Origin: Gammaproteobacteria bacterium
GTDB lineage: Bacteria > Pseudomonadota > Gammaproteobacteria > Eutrophobiales > Eutrophobiaceae
Assembly: GCA_963422205.2 (NCBI GenBank)
Contig: CAXMWX010000005.1
Span: forward strand, 160,001 to 224,000
Direction: 5' to 3'
DNA length: 64,000 nucleotides
The position numbers and the translations under genes are program-made. Positions 19,909-30,146 of this stretch are shown here, piece by piece. Every line of letters begins with the position of its first letter. The first letter of the stretch is position 1. The notes under the pieces were generated by a model, which saw only the letters and a program-made list of their open reading frames with translations, was not told the origin of the DNA and searched no databases.

Positions 19909-19954
19909 GCAGCAAGAGGAGGCCGGCACAACCACCTCAGCGGTTAGCAGCTAA

Positions 19955-20314
19955 TCAGCAACTTCTTATGCAGGCATTCTCTATCTCACGGCAATCGTAT
20001 CGACAAGATACGCTACCACCCCGGCAAGACAGATCACAGGTCTTCTTTTCTTTCAAACAACGATACTCACATCTTTTACGCTTTTTTTCTGATCTTTCAG
20101 CGAGAATTGCTCGCTTTATCCTGAGCACATCGCTTGGATAAACTGCAAACAGCAAGTCATTGTCGCTTGATTGCCCCGAGGCAAAGGGGTTGGACGCATC
20201 ACACAAGACCAGGGGGGCTGACTCACCAGCGATGGGTATCGCCTCATCGGCGATTGTGGCGGTGTTGGATAGGGTAGTAGCGACAAGGGATAACAGGCAG
20301 ATAAGGTGTTTCAT
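19955..20314 (-). CDS. Small secreted cysteine-rich protein (119 aa) with four CX3C motifs
   Basis: AGGAG RBS, then MKHLICLLSLVA signal-like N-terminus. C-terminus is KKRKR-CEYRC-X6-CDLSC-X6-CRYDC-X6-CIRSC-stop. Confidence 0.75.
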   Translation of the reverse strand: MKHLICLLSLVATTLSNTATIADEAIPIAGESAPLVLCDASNPFASGQSSDNDLLFAVYPSDVLRIKRAILAERSEKKRKRCEYRCLKEKKTCDLSCRGGSVSCRYDCREIENACIRSC

Positions 20315-20535
20315 ATTTTCAGTCTCCTGTGTTATTAGATGACACCCGACACGCAGCAGGGTGTCGGGCATTTCAACATGCGCTAACACAGGAAAGCACA
20401 CCCTACTTATTTCCGGGTGGTCTTGTATTCGTAGGATACCCGACCGGGGGGCTCCTGTGTTAAACGCAAGACACAGATTTCTGTTGAAGGAAACCTGTAT
20501 GCAGGGCATACTACACACGCAACATTAAAATGCAA
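20315..20535 (-). promoter_or_regulatory. Structured 5' leader and candidate promoter of the Cys-rich gene
   Basis: TTGCAT-N16-TAGTAT (20535-20508). RBS-containing 11-mer TAACACAGGAG occurs twice (20462-20452, 20334-20324) with its complement TCCTGTGTTA (20393-20384) between them. Hairpin CCCGACAC/GTGTCGGG at 20345-20368. Confidence 0.5.
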
Positions 20536-20628
20536 CCCTTGATAAGCCAGGCCGATGGGATGATGCAGGCGGTGTATTATCGGCTGGTTCTTACCCGAGG
20601 CATGACAACAAGCCGCCGGCAAGCCCCG

Positions 20629-21105
20629 TCATAACTGCGTCTGTAACGGCAGTTCGGTCGTGTCCTTGATCTCGGTGACGGCGATGGTGGAGTGCATTTC
20701 CCGAATCATCGGCAAGCTCATCAAGTGATTGCGGATGAAGCGCTCATAATGCTGGATGTCTTTGGTGATGATCTTCAGCAGGTAATCCATGGTGCCGGTC
20801 ACGGTATAACAGGCCAGCACTTCAGGGAATTTGCGGATGGCTTTTTCAAACTCCTCCAGGTTTTCCCGACCATGGGCGGACAGGCTGATGGTAACGAACA
20901 CCACCACCTCCATGCCCAGCTTGACGTGATCCAGCACAGCGACCCGGCGCTTGATCAAGCCGGCCTGCTGCAAGCGGCTGATACGCCGCCAGCAAGGGGA
21001 CTGTGACAGACCGACCCGGGCGGCGACCTGGGCCGTGCTCAAGGCCGCATTACGCTGCAATAATTGCAATATTCGGATATCGCTGTCATTCAACTCAATC
21101 GGCAT
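20629..21105 (-). CDS. Lrp/AsnC-family transcriptional regulator
   Basis: DIRILQLLQ..A....VA.RVGLSQSPCWRRI HTH, CYTVTGTMDYLL RAM domain. Confidence 0.95.
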   Translation of the reverse strand: MPIELNDSDIRILQLLQRNAALSTAQVAARVGLSQSPCWRRISRLQQAGLIKRRVAVLDHVKLGMEVVVFVTISLSAHGRENLEEFEKAIRKFPEVLACYTVTGTMDYLLKIITKDIQHYERFIRNHLMSLPMIREMHSTIAVTEIKDTTELPLQTQL

Positions 21106-21117
21106 TACTTAACCTTT

Positions 21118-21149
21118 TTTATGCAAAAAATTAGATTATTTATGCAAAA
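21118..21149. promoter_or_regulatory. Phased TTTATGCAAAA direct repeat, candidate Lrp-family binding sites
   Basis: Identical 11-mers at 21118-21128 and 21139-21149 (21-bp period, two helical turns) in the AT-rich lrp/ior divergent region. Confidence 0.45.
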
Positions 21150-21238
21150 TATACCCGTTTTATCGAATGAATAAAATAATAATTTCCCTCCGTTTATCCT
21201 AAGATTGAGACCATTATCTGCAACGGAGTATCCTCACC

Positions 21239-24200
21239 ATGGCGCCCACACCTGTCCCCCCGGCAATGATTTCACTGGAAGATAAATACGCCCTGGATGC
21301 CACCCGTGCATACATCACTGGCATTGAAGCCCTGGTCAGGCTGCCCATCCTGCAACACCAGCGTGACCTGGAAGCAGGGCTGAATACCGCCGGCTTCATC
21401 TCCGGTTATCGCGGCTCCCCGCTGGGCAATCTAGACCAGTCACTGTGGCAGGCAAAGCCGCATCTGGACAAACATCACATCCACTTCCAGCCCGGTGTCA
21501 ACGAAGACCTGGCCGCCACTGCCGTCTGGGGTTCGCAGCAGGTGAACCTGTTTCCCCAGGCGAAGTACGATGGCGTCTTCGGCTTATGGTATGGCAAAGG
21601 CCCGGGGGTGGATCGCAGCATGGACGCCATCCGTCATGCCAATGCGTTTGGCACCGCAAAATACGGCGGCGTGCTGGCAATCGCCGGCGATGATCATGCG
21701 TGCAAGTCCTCCACCTTGCCGCACCAGAGTGAGCATCTGTTCATCGGCGCCTCCATTCCGGTGTTAAGCCCGGCCAATGTACAGGAGGTGCTGGACTTGG
21801 GAGTCTACGGGTGGGAATTGTCACGTTACAGCGGCTGCTGGGTGGCGTTGAAAGCGATCACGGAAAACATGGACTCCGCCCTATCGGCCGAGATCGATCC
21901 GCATCGGGTGAGCATAACCCGGCCGGATGATTTTGCCCTGCCCGATGACGGCGTCAATGCCCGCTGGCCGGACCTGCCGCTGGCGCAGGAGCGGCGGCTG
22001 AACAAATATAAAATTTACGCGGCGCGACATTTTGCCTATGTCAACCGGCTGAATCGGATCATGCTGGACAGCGATAACCCGCGCTTGGGAATCATCACGG
22101 CTGGCAAGGCATATCTGGATGTCTTGCAGGCGCTGGATGATCTGGGTATTGATGCGGCCGAGGCGGGGCGTATCGGCCTTAGGGTTTACAAGCTGGGCAT
22201 GAGCTGGCCGTTGGAGCCGCTCGCCACGCACGCCTTTGCTGAAGGGCTGGAGGAGATCCTGGTGGTGGAGGAGAAACGCAGCATTATCGAAGATCAACTC
22301 ACCGGGCAATTATACAACTGGCCAGTAGATAAACGTCCACGTGTGGTCGGCGAGTTTGATGAGCACGGGGCTGACTTGCTGCCGAACATCGGCGAGCTCA
22401 CCCCCGCCCTGGTCGCCAAGGCGATCGCCTCGCGCACCGGCAGGTTTTATACCAGCAAAACCATTGAGCAACGGCTGGCCTTTCTGACAGCAAAAGCGCA
22501 GCGCTTATCTGCCCCCCGAAATGTGCTCACCCGTGTGCCTTATTTTTGCTCCGGCTGCCCGCATAACAGCTCGACCAAAGTGCCGGCAGGCAGCCGGGCG
22601 ATGGCCGGCATAGGCTGTCACTACATGGTGCAGTGGATGGATCGCCAGACCCTGACATTCACACACATGGGCGGCGAAGGGGCCACCTGGATTGGTCAGG
22701 CGCCGTTTACCGACACCGAACATGTGTTTCAAAACCTGGGCGATGGCACGTATTTTCACTCCGGCATTCTTGCCATACGCGCCGCCATCGCCGCCGGGGT
22801 CAACATCACGTATAAAATTCTCTACAACGATGCCGTGGCCATGACCGGCGGGCAAAAAGTCGAGGGCAATTTGAGTGTGAGCCAGATCGTCAACCAGCTT
22901 ATCGGCGAGGGTATCAAACGTATTGCGATCCTCACCGATGAGATGAAGCCTTACCCTGACATCTTCCCTGGCTTTGCTGGCCTTAGCATTGATCAGCGTG
23001 ACCGGCTTGAGGCTATTCAACTGGAACTGAGACAGATAACCGGCACCACGATCATCATCTATGATCAGACCTGTGCTGCCGAGAAACGTCGGCGCCGGAG
23101 AAAAAATCTGCTGCCAGGGCCGGCCCGACGTATTTTTATCAACGAGGAGGTCTGCGAAGGCTGTGGGGATTGCGGCATCCAGTCGAATTGTTTATCGGTC
23201 CTGCCCAGGGAAACCCCGCTTGGACGCAAGCGACAAATTGACCAGCATGCCTGTAATCAGGACTTCAGTTGTGTTGAGGGCCTTTGCCCCAGTTTTGTCT
23301 CCGTGATGGGCGCTGAGTTGAAGACAGGCAAGCCCGTTGGACAGACAACGATAGTCAATGCCTTGCCGAAGCCGGACCTGCCATCACTCGCCCAGCCCTG
23401 GAATATCCTGATCACGGGCATAGGCGGCACGGGTGTGCTGACTGTCAGCTCTATCCTGGCCATGGCGGCACACATTGAGGGCAAGGGTTGTTCGGTATTA
23501 AACCAGACCGGACTGGCACAAAAATTTGGCTCGGTCATCAGCCATGTCCGCATCGGCGCACAGCAGGACGATATCCATGCGGTAAGAATAGCGGCCGGTG
23601 ATGCCGATCTCCTATTAGGTGGCGATCTGGTGGTGGCGGCCTCGGATGAGGCACTGACCAAACTGCACCGGCAGCGCTCATATGCCATCATCAATGCCTG
23701 TCACTCGCCAACGGCGGATTTTATTACCGCACCGGATGCCATATTTCCAGCCGATGCCATGCGTACCACTGTGCTGGAAGAAGTTGGGGCGGACAAGGCC
23801 TGGTTCATTGATGCGATGAGTATCAGCACGCAGATACTGGGCGATCCCATCGCCTGCAACGTATTGCTGCTGGGGTATGCCTGGCAACGGGGGTTGATCC
23901 CCGTCAGCGCCGAGGCTATAAATCAGGCGCTTGCGGTGAACGGCGTGGCGGTTGAACTTAACCGCCAGGCATTTCTGTGGGGCCGGCGCACAGCATCTGA
24001 TGAGGAGGCCGTGCTGGCCAGGGTGGATAGAACAGAAGCCGGACAGAAAGCGCCGGTGCAGATCGATGAGATCATTCGAGACAGACATCAGCGCCTGTGT
24101 GATTATCAGGACAAGCCCTGTGCAGATGCGTATGAAAAATTTATCACCCACACAAGAGCGGCTGAAAAACAGGCTGTCGGCCAGACGGTGGCGAATAAAA

Positions 24201-24748
24201 ACGGAGAGGAATTCAGCCGTGCCGTGAGCTGTAATCTGTATAAACTTATGGCATATAAAGATGAATATGAAGTCGCCCGGCTGTATAGCAATGGAAAATT
24301 TATGCAGCAACTCAATGCCACATTCAGCGGCGACTTCACCTTGCGCTTTCATCTGGCCCCGCCGATCCTGGCGCGCCGGGATCATGCCAGCGGCAGATTG
24401 AAAAAACGTACCTTCCCACAGGCAACGCTGGTCTTGTTTGCCTTGCTGGCAAAGCTGAAATATCTGCGTGGCGGTTGGTTTGATGTATTTGGCTATAAGG
24501 AAGAGCGCATGCGGGAGCGGCGGCTGATTGCTGAGTATAAAGCAACTATCAATGCGATTTTGACCGACATCAACGCGGAAAATTATGCCACAGCGGTAAA
24601 GTTAGCCCGGCTGCCGGAGCAAATCAGAGGATTTGGTGTGGTCAAGTCTGCGAATATGAAAAAAGCAGCACGTGAAAAAACCAGGTTACTGAATCAATTT
24701 TACCATCGCTTGCCAGAAGCACGGCGTTCACCTGATCAAACGGCATAA
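21239..24748 (+). CDS. Fused indolepyruvate/phenylpyruvate:ferredoxin oxidoreductase (IorAB family)
   Basis: SGYRGSPLG, NEDLAAT, WYGKGPGVDRS, FCSGCPHN, TPP motif GDGT...YNDAVAMTGGQ, CEGCGDC ferredoxin motif, GIGGTG, AYKDEYEVARL. Confidence 0.93.
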   Translation: MAPTPVPPAMISLEDKYALDATRAYITGIEALVRLPILQHQRDLEAGLNTAGFISGYRGSPLGNLDQSLWQAKPHLDKHHIHFQPGVNEDLAATAVWGSQQVNLFPQAKYDGVFGLWYGKGPGVDRSMDAIRHANAFGTAKYGGVLAIAGDDHACKSSTLPHQSEHLFIGASIPVLSPANVQEVLDLGVYGWELSRYSGCWVALKAITENMDSALSAEIDPHRVSITRPDDFALPDDGVNARWPDLPLAQERRLNKYKIYAARHFAYVNRLNRIMLDSDNPRLGIITAGKAYLDVLQALDDLGIDAAEAGRIGLRVYKLGMSWPLEPLATHAFAEGLEEILVVEEKRSIIEDQLTGQLYNWPVDKRPRVVGEFDEHGADLLPNIGELTPALVAKAIASRTGRFYTSKTIEQRLAFLTAKAQRLSAPRNVLTRVPYFCSGCPHNSSTKVPAGSRAMAGIGCHYMVQWMDRQTLTFTHMGGEGATWIGQAPFTDTEHVFQNLGDGTYFHSGILAIRAAIAAGVNITYKILYNDAVAMTGGQKVEGNLSVSQIVNQLIGEGIKRIAILTDEMKPYPDIFPGFAGLSIDQRDRLEAIQLELRQITGTTIIIYDQTCAAEKRRRRRKNLLPGPARRIFINEEVCEGCGDCGIQSNCLSVLPRETPLGRKRQIDQHACNQDFSCVEGLCPSFVSVMGAELKTGKPVGQTTIVNALPKPDLPSLAQPWNILITGIGGTGVLTVSSILAMAAHIEGKGCSVLNQTGLAQKFGSVISHVRIGAQQDDIHAVRIAAGDADLLLGGDLVVAASDEALTKLHRQRSYAIINACHSPTADFITAPDAIFPADAMRTTVLEEVGADKAWFIDAMSISTQILGDPIACNVLLLGYAWQRGLIPVSAEAINQALAVNGVAVELNRQAFLWGRRTASDEEAVLARVDRTEAGQKAPVQIDEIIRDRHQRLCDYQDKPCADAYEKFITHTRAAEKQAVGQTVANKNGEEFSRAVSCNLYKLMAYKDEYEVARLYSNGKFMQQLNATFSGDFTLRFHLAPPILARRDHASGRLKKRTFPQATLVLFALLAKLKYLRGGWFDVFGYKEERMRERRLIAEYKATINAILTDINAENYATAVKLARLPEQIRGFGVVKSANMKKAAREKTRLLNQFYHRLPEARRSPDQTA

Positions 24749-25085
24749 CACGCAACACCTTGCCAGCGATAATATCGCCGCTGATGGTGATGATGAGTGG
24801 ACGTACCAAGCTACAGAGTCCGGCCACAGCGAATCCAAAGCCACCACTTAACCCCCCCCCTTGGGCGGGCTTGCTACAGAAAGCTGGCCGACAGAAACAG
24901 ATACATGATGCCCACAGCAGTGAATCAGGCGATGCACGATAGGGGCTGGGTTTATCATCTTATCCTGGGCGATACCGGCGCATGCCTGCTGTGCTCCTTA
25001 GGATACTCAGCAGGAAGACAGTGAGCATTTCCTTTTCTGATCTGACAGGGCTGATCTGACAGGTGCTATTGGTTATGATCAGCGT

Positions 25086-25122
25086 AAATAAAAAAGCCGA
25101 ATAACCTCATCGGTTATTCGGC
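25086..25122 (-). terminator. Rho-independent terminator of the alpha operon
   Basis: 11-bp stem GCCGAATAACC/GGTTATTCGGC followed by a U-run on the minus strand, downstream of rplQ. Confidence 0.85.
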
Positions 25123-25150
25123 GGCTTATCAATACCACGATATTATTACG

Positions 25151-25543
25151 TTAATCGTCCGTGTTATCGTTATGCCCTTCCCCTGGTGGTCTGTCGACCA
25201 GTTCTACCAGCGCCATGGGCGCTTTATCCCCATTGCGAAAACCACATTTCAGAATCCGCAGATACCCCCCTGGCCGGTCTTTGTAATGCGGGCCCAGCTC
25301 ATCAAATAATTTTGTCACTGTCTGCCGGTCTCGAAGGCGCGCAAATGCCAACCGGCGCTTGGCAACCGAATCAGTTCTCGCCAGAGTAATTAATGGCTCG
25401 GCCACCCGGCGCAGCTCTTTTGCCTTGGGCACGGTGGTGCGTATGACTTCATGCTGCAACAACGACACAGCCATGTTACGAAACATCGCCTTTCGGTGAC
25501 TGCTGTTGCGGTTCAGCTTCCTGCCGCTTTCTCTGTGTCGCAT
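25151..25543 (-). CDS. rplQ: 50S ribosomal protein L17
   Basis: [30 protein letters not shown]. Confidence 0.98.
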   Translation of the reverse strand: MRHRESGRKLNRNSSHRKAMFRNMAVSLLQHEVIRTTVPKAKELRRVAEPLITLARTDSVAKRRLAFARLRDRQTVTKLFDELGPHYKDRPGGYLRILKCGFRNGDKAPMALVELVDRPPGEGHNDNTDD

Positions 25544-25579
25544 TGTTGTCTCTACGTATTGATTATTCGATCTTGAGGA

Positions 25580-26593
25580 TTACATCATGGCCGAGAGCAG
25601 GCTCCGGTCTTCATACAACCCGGCAGGTGGCCAGTTCTCCAGCCGCATACCCAGTGACAGACCACGTGATGCCAGCACATCCTTGATCTCTGTCAGTGAC
25701 TTTTTACCCAGATTCGGGGTTTTTAATAGTTCCACTTCAGTGCGCTGAATCAAATCACCGATGTAGTAGATGCTCTCGGCTTTGAGGCAATTCGCTGACC
25801 GGACGGTTAATTCAAGATCATCAACCGGACGCAGCAGAACAGGGTCGACTTCCGGCTCATTGCTGGCAGCCGCCTCTTCGGCCTCCTCGGCCTCCAGGTC
25901 AACAAAAACAGATAACTGATTACGCAGAATGCGCGCCGCCTCACGGATTGCATCTTCAGAATCAATAGTACCATTGGTTTCAATCTCAATAATCAGCTTG
26001 TCCAGATCGGTCTGTTGTTCCACCCGTGCGCTTTGCACATCATAAGCAATCCGTTTGACCGGGCTGAACGAGGCATCCAGCTTGAGTTTGCCAATCGTCT
26101 GATCAACGCCTTCTTCGGTGCTGGCAACGATAACAGGACGATAACCCCGGCCACGCTCAATTTTAATACGCATATCAAGCTCACCGGACTTGGTAAGGTT
26201 GGCAATGATATGATCCGGATTGGCTATTTCCACATCATGATCCAGGGTGATGTCACTGGCACGCACCTCGCCAAGGCCGGACTTGCTCAGTGTCAGCATG
26301 GCCTCATTATTGGTGTGCATGGTAATGGCCAGACCTTTGAGGTTGAGCAGAATATCGGTCACATCTTCCTGCACACCTTCGATGGTGGTGTACTCATGCA
26401 ATACGCCCCGAATTTCCACTTCAGTCACAGCACAACCGGACATGGATGATAACAACACCCGACGCAGGGCATTGCCCAGCGTATGACCAAAACCGCGATT
26501 CAGCGGCTCTATGGTGACCTTGGCCAGGGTGCTGGAGAGGGCCTCCACATCCACTCTTCTGGGCTTTAATAATTCATTAAATGTTGATGGCAT
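25580..26593 (-). CDS. rpoA: RNA polymerase alpha subunit
   Basis: [38 protein letters not shown]. Confidence 0.98.
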   Translation of the reverse strand: MPSTFNELLKPRRVDVEALSSTLAKVTIEPLNRGFGHTLGNALRRVLLSSMSGCAVTEVEIRGVLHEYTTIEGVQEDVTDILLNLKGLAITMHTNNEAMLTLSKSGLGEVRASDITLDHDVEIANPDHIIANLTKSGELDMRIKIERGRGYRPVIVASTEEGVDQTIGKLKLDASFSPVKRIAYDVQSARVEQQTDLDKLIIEIETNGTIDSEDAIREAARILRNQLSVFVDLEAEEAEEAAASNEPEVDPVLLRPVDDLELTVRSANCLKAESIYYIGDLIQRTEVELLKTPNLGKKSLTEIKDVLASRGLSLGMRLENWPPAGLYEDRSLLSAMM

Positions 26594-26621
26594 CTGGTTT
26601 CTTCCTCATCTCTCGCGGCTT

Positions 26622-27242
26622 TTATTTGGAATACAGTTCAACAACTAGCTGCTCGTTTATCTCGGCGGGCAATTCGGCTCGCTCCGGCACAGCCTTAAAA
26701 ACACCTTCCATTTTTTTGGTATTCACGTCCACCCATTCAGGAAAACCCACCTGCTCGGCAACATTCAAGGCATCGGCAATGCGTAATTGCTTTTTACTCT
26801 TTTCTCTTATCTGTATTTTATCTGCTGGCTGCACCTGATAGGAGGGGATATTCACCGGCCTGTCATTGACCAAAACCGCTTTATGGCTGACCAACTGGCG
26901 CGCTTCATTGCGGGTACTGCCAAACCCCATACGATAAACAACATTGTCCAAACGCCCTTCCAGCAGTTGTAACAGGTTCTCACCGGTCGAGCCTTTCGCC
27001 CTGGCCGCCTCTTTGTAGTAACGCCGAAACTGCTTTTCCAGAATGCCATAGATGCGCCGCAGTTTTTGTTTTTCACGCAACTGTACGGCATAATCAGACA
27101 TCCGCTTGGGCCTTGTGCCCTGCTCACCGGGGGCCTTGTCTATCTGGCATTTTGATTCGATAGAGCGGGCACGGCTTTTCAGGAACAAATCAGTCCCCTC
27201 GCGCCGGCTCAGTTTGCATTTCGGGCCCAGGTAACGTGCCAT
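26622..27242 (-). CDS. rpsD: 30S ribosomal protein S4
   Basis: [29 protein letters not shown]; start trimmed to 27242. Confidence 0.97.
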   Translation of the reverse strand: MARYLGPKCKLSRREGTDLFLKSRARSIESKCQIDKAPGEQGTRPKRMSDYAVQLREKQKLRRIYGILEKQFRRYYKEAARAKGSTGENLLQLLEGRLDNVVYRMGFGSTRNEARQLVSHKAVLVNDRPVNIPSYQVQPADKIQIREKSKKQLRIADALNVAEQVGFPEWVDVNTKKMEGVFKAVPERAELPAEINEQLVVELYSK

Positions 27243-27255
27243 GGTTAATCTCCAG

Positions 27256-27648
27256 TCAGACTCGGCGTTTCTTCGGTGGACGGCAACCATTATGCGGGAT
27301 GGGCGTCACATCCGTGATGTTAGTAATTTTATAACCAACGGCATTCAATGCCCGCACGGCGGACTCACGTCCCGGCCCGGGGCCTTTGATATTGACTTCC
27401 AGATTTTTCATGCCCACTTCCTGGGCAATCTCGCCCGCTTTTTGTGCGGCAATCTGGGCGGCAAACGGCGTACTTTTACGCGAGCCGCGAAAGCCGCTGC
27501 CGCCTGCTGTTGCCCAGGCCACCGTATTGCCCTGTCGGTCGGTGATGGTAATAATCGTATTATTAAAAGACGCATGGATGTGGGCGATGCCATCAACAAT
27601 CGTCTTTTTAACTTTTTTCTTGGTTCGGCGTTGTTTGACCATCGTCAT
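27256..27648 (-). CDS. rpsK: 30S ribosomal protein S11
   Basis: [30 protein letters not shown]. Confidence 0.98.
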   Translation of the reverse strand: MTMVKQRRTKKKVKKTIVDGIAHIHASFNNTIITITDRQGNTVAWATAGGSGFRGSRKSTPFAAQIAAQKAGEIAQEVGMKNLEVNIKGPGPGRESAVRALNAVGYKITNITDVTPIPHNGCRPPKKRRV

Positions 27649-27657
27649 TCCCTCGGC

Positions 27658-28014
27658 TTATTTTTTGATAGGCCGTCTTGGGCCTTTACGTGTTCTGGCA
27701 TTGGTTCGTGTCCGCTGGCCTCTGAGCGGCAGGCCGCGACGATGACGAATACCCCGGTAACTGCCCAGATCCCTGAGACGTTTGATATTCATGGAGACTT
27801 CACGACGCAAATCCCCTTCAACTTCATGGTTCGCAATTTCGGCACGCAGCCTGTCCAAATCACCTTCAGAGAGCTCCCTCACCCTGATCACAGGGCTAAT
27901 CCCGGTAACATCACAAATACTGTGTGCACGTCTTCTGCCGATCCCGTAGATATAGGTCAGCGCCACACTGATGTGTTTATTATCCGGTATATTAACGCCA
28001 GCAATTCGAGCCAT
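27658..28014 (-). CDS. rpsM: 30S ribosomal protein S13
   Basis: [22 protein letters not shown]. Confidence 0.97.
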   Translation of the reverse strand: MARIAGVNIPDNKHISVALTYIYGIGRRRAHSICDVTGISPVIRVRELSEGDLDRLRAEIANHEVEGDLRREVSMNIKRLRDLGSYRGIRHRRGLPLRGQRTRTNARTRKGPRRPIKK

Positions 28015-28032
28015 GAACAATCTCCTTACGCG

Positions 28033-28146
28033 CTAACCCTGGCGCTGTTTATGACGAGGATCACGGCATATCACCCGCACACTGCCTCTACGGCGGATGA
28101 TCCGGCAATCCCGACAAATTCGCTTTACTGATGCTCTTACTTTCAT
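28033..28146 (-). CDS. rpmJ: 50S ribosomal protein L36 (Zn-ribbon form), missing from the ORF track
   Basis: Manual translation [37 protein letters not shown]; AGGAG RBS. Confidence 0.96.
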   Translation of the reverse strand: MKVRASVKRICRDCRIIRRRGSVRVICRDPRHKQRQG

Positions 28147-28168
28147 AACGACTCCTAACAATATGCGG

Positions 28169-29512
28169 CTATCTTCGGCCATGACTTTTAAGGTTGGCTT
28201 TTTTCAGCACGCCCTCATATTGATGCGACATCAGATGCGCCTGTATCTGTGCCATAAAATCCATCACCACCACAACAATGATCAACAACGATGTGCCGCC
28301 AAAATAAAACGGCACATTAAATTTCAAGATCAAAAACTCCGGCAGCAGGCAGATGGCGGTAATATAGATCGAGCCCACCAGCGTCAAGCGCGTCAACACG
28401 GAATCAAAATAGCGTGCGGTTTGCTCGCCCGGGCGCATACCCGGAACAAAGGCCCCGGATTTTTTCAGGTTATCTGCCGTCTCGCGCGGATCAAACACGA
28501 TTGCAGTGTAGAAAAAACAGAAAAACATGATCCCGGCGGCGTACAGGCCCACATAGAGCAACTGCCCGGGTTGCAATAATGTCGATAATTCCTGCAACCA
28601 GCGCATGTCCCTGGCCTGCCCTGCCCAGTTAGCCAGCGTGCCGGGAAAGAGGATCAGGCTGGAGGCAAAAATCGGCGGAATCACGCCGGCCATGTTCAGT
28701 TTTAATGGCAAATGACTGGACTGACCCGCATAGAGTTTACGCCCCATCTGGCGCTTGGCATAGTTGACCGTGATGCGGCGCTGACCCCGCTCAATAAAAA
28801 TAACAAACGCCGTCACGGCGATGGCCAACACAAAGAATACCAGAACTAACAGGGGACTCAGCGCCCCTTCCTTGGTCAACTCCAGCGTACCGCCGATCGC
28901 ACTCGGCAGGCCAGCGACAATACCTGCAAATATCAACAGGGAAATCCCGTTACCTACACCGCGCTCGGTTATCTGCTCACCCAGCCACATCAAAAACATG
29001 GTGCCGGTGACCAGGGTCGTCACCGCCGTGATACGAAACCCCAGGCCCGGATCCATGACCACAGTGGTACCGGCGGCCTGCTGTGCCTCCAGGGCCAGCG
29101 AGACACCCACCGCCTGGAAAGTCGCCAGCAACACCGTGCCGTAGCGGGTATATTGCGTGATCTTGCGCTTGCCCGCCTCGCCTTCCTTGCGTAGCTGTTT
29201 CAAACGTGGCTCAACAAAAGAGAGTAACTGCATAATGATCGATGCGGATATATACGGCATGATGCCCAGCGCAACGACTGAAAAACGCTCCAGCGCACCG
29301 CCGGAAAACACATTGAACAAGTCAATGATCGTGCCGCTTTGCTGCTCAAATAATGCGGCCAGTGCGGTCGGATTAATCCCCGGCACGGGTATATAGGTGC
29401 AAATACGATAGATAAACAGCGCAAACAACACGAATAACAGCCGTTGTCGCAGCTCTTTTAATTGCACCAGGCCACCCAAGCCGCCTGGAATTGCCGGGTT
29501 CGTTGCTGCCAT
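28169..29512 (-). CDS. secY: Preprotein translocase SecY
   Basis: [43 protein letters not shown]. Confidence 0.98.
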   Translation of the reverse strand: MAATNPAIPGGLGGLVQLKELRQRLLFVLFALFIYRICTYIPVPGINPTALAALFEQQSGTIIDLFNVFSGGALERFSVVALGIMPYISASIIMQLLSFVEPRLKQLRKEGEAGKRKITQYTRYGTVLLATFQAVGVSLALEAQQAAGTTVVMDPGLGFRITAVTTLVTGTMFLMWLGEQITERGVGNGISLLIFAGIVAGLPSAIGGTLELTKEGALSPLLVLVFFVLAIAVTAFVIFIERGQRRITVNYAKRQMGRKLYAGQSSHLPLKLNMAGVIPPIFASSLILFPGTLANWAGQARDMRWLQELSTLLQPGQLLYVGLYAAGIMFFCFFYTAIVFDPRETADNLKKSGAFVPGMRPGEQTARYFDSVLTRLTLVGSIYITAICLLPEFLILKFNVPFYFGGTSLLIIVVVVMDFMAQIQAHLMSHQYEGVLKKANLKSHGRR

Positions 29513-29513
29513 G

Positions 29514-29948
29514 TTACTCCTCTACGCTGCCACCAGCCGCCTCAATCGCAAGGCGTGCGCCTTTGCTTGCCCGGATCCCTTTTAAGATGATCGCTTTATT
29601 AATCTCACCGGTGGCGATCACCTTGGCACGTTTAATGTTTCTTGCGATCAGATTAGCCGCCCGCAAGGCATTGATATCGATCACCTTGACATCCAGCTTG
29701 TCTAACTGGCTTAGACGAATCTCGGCGGTAATACGAGCCAGATGGGAATTAAAACCGGTCTTCGGCAGGCGTCTTTGCAAGGGCATCTGCCCGCCTTCAA
29801 ACCCCACTTTGTGATACCCGCCGGAGCGTGACTTCTGGCCCTTGTGACCACGCCCGGCGGTCTTTCCCTGGCCAGAACCCGTACCGCGACCAACCCGTTT
29901 GCCCCTGGTTTTTGCACCCGCTGCGGGTTTCATTGAGTTAAGCTGCAT
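29514..29948 (-). CDS. rplO: 50S ribosomal protein L15
   Basis: [20 protein letters not shown]. Confidence 0.98.
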   Translation of the reverse strand: MQLNSMKPAAGAKTRGKRVGRGTGSGQGKTAGRGHKGQKSRSGGYHKVGFEGGQMPLQRRLPKTGFNSHLARITAEIRLSQLDKLDVKVIDINALRAANLIARNIKRAKVIATGEINKAIILKGIRASKGARLAIEAAGGSVEE

Positions 29949-29949
29949 G

Positions 29950-30141
29950 TCAGGCTTCCTCTACTGCCAATAGATAAGAAACTTTATTTATCATGCCCCG
30001 TATGGCGGGGGTGTCTTCTACGGTCACGGTATGACCAATACGGCGCAAGCCAAGGCCAGCGACACAGGCCTTGTGTGCGGCAATCCGGCGATTCGTACTT
30101 CTCTTCAAGGTGATGCGTATCTTCTTGTCGCTGGGGGTCAT
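29950..30141 (-). CDS. rpmD: 50S ribosomal protein L30
   Basis: [11 protein letters not shown]...[12 protein letters not shown]. Confidence 0.96.
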   Translation of the reverse strand: MTPSDKKIRITLKRSTNRRIAAHKACVAGLGLRRIGHTVTVEDTPAIRGMINKVSYLLAVEEA

Positions 30142-30146
30142 GTCGA

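Noticed and set aside
24749-25085. Intergenic hairpin (CCTGCTG...CAGCAGG, ~24985-25014), C9 run and CTGATCTGACAGG tandem duplication (25037-25063) as REP, CRISPR or sRNA
   Set aside because: Only two repeat units, no spacers, and no further copies seen in the window.
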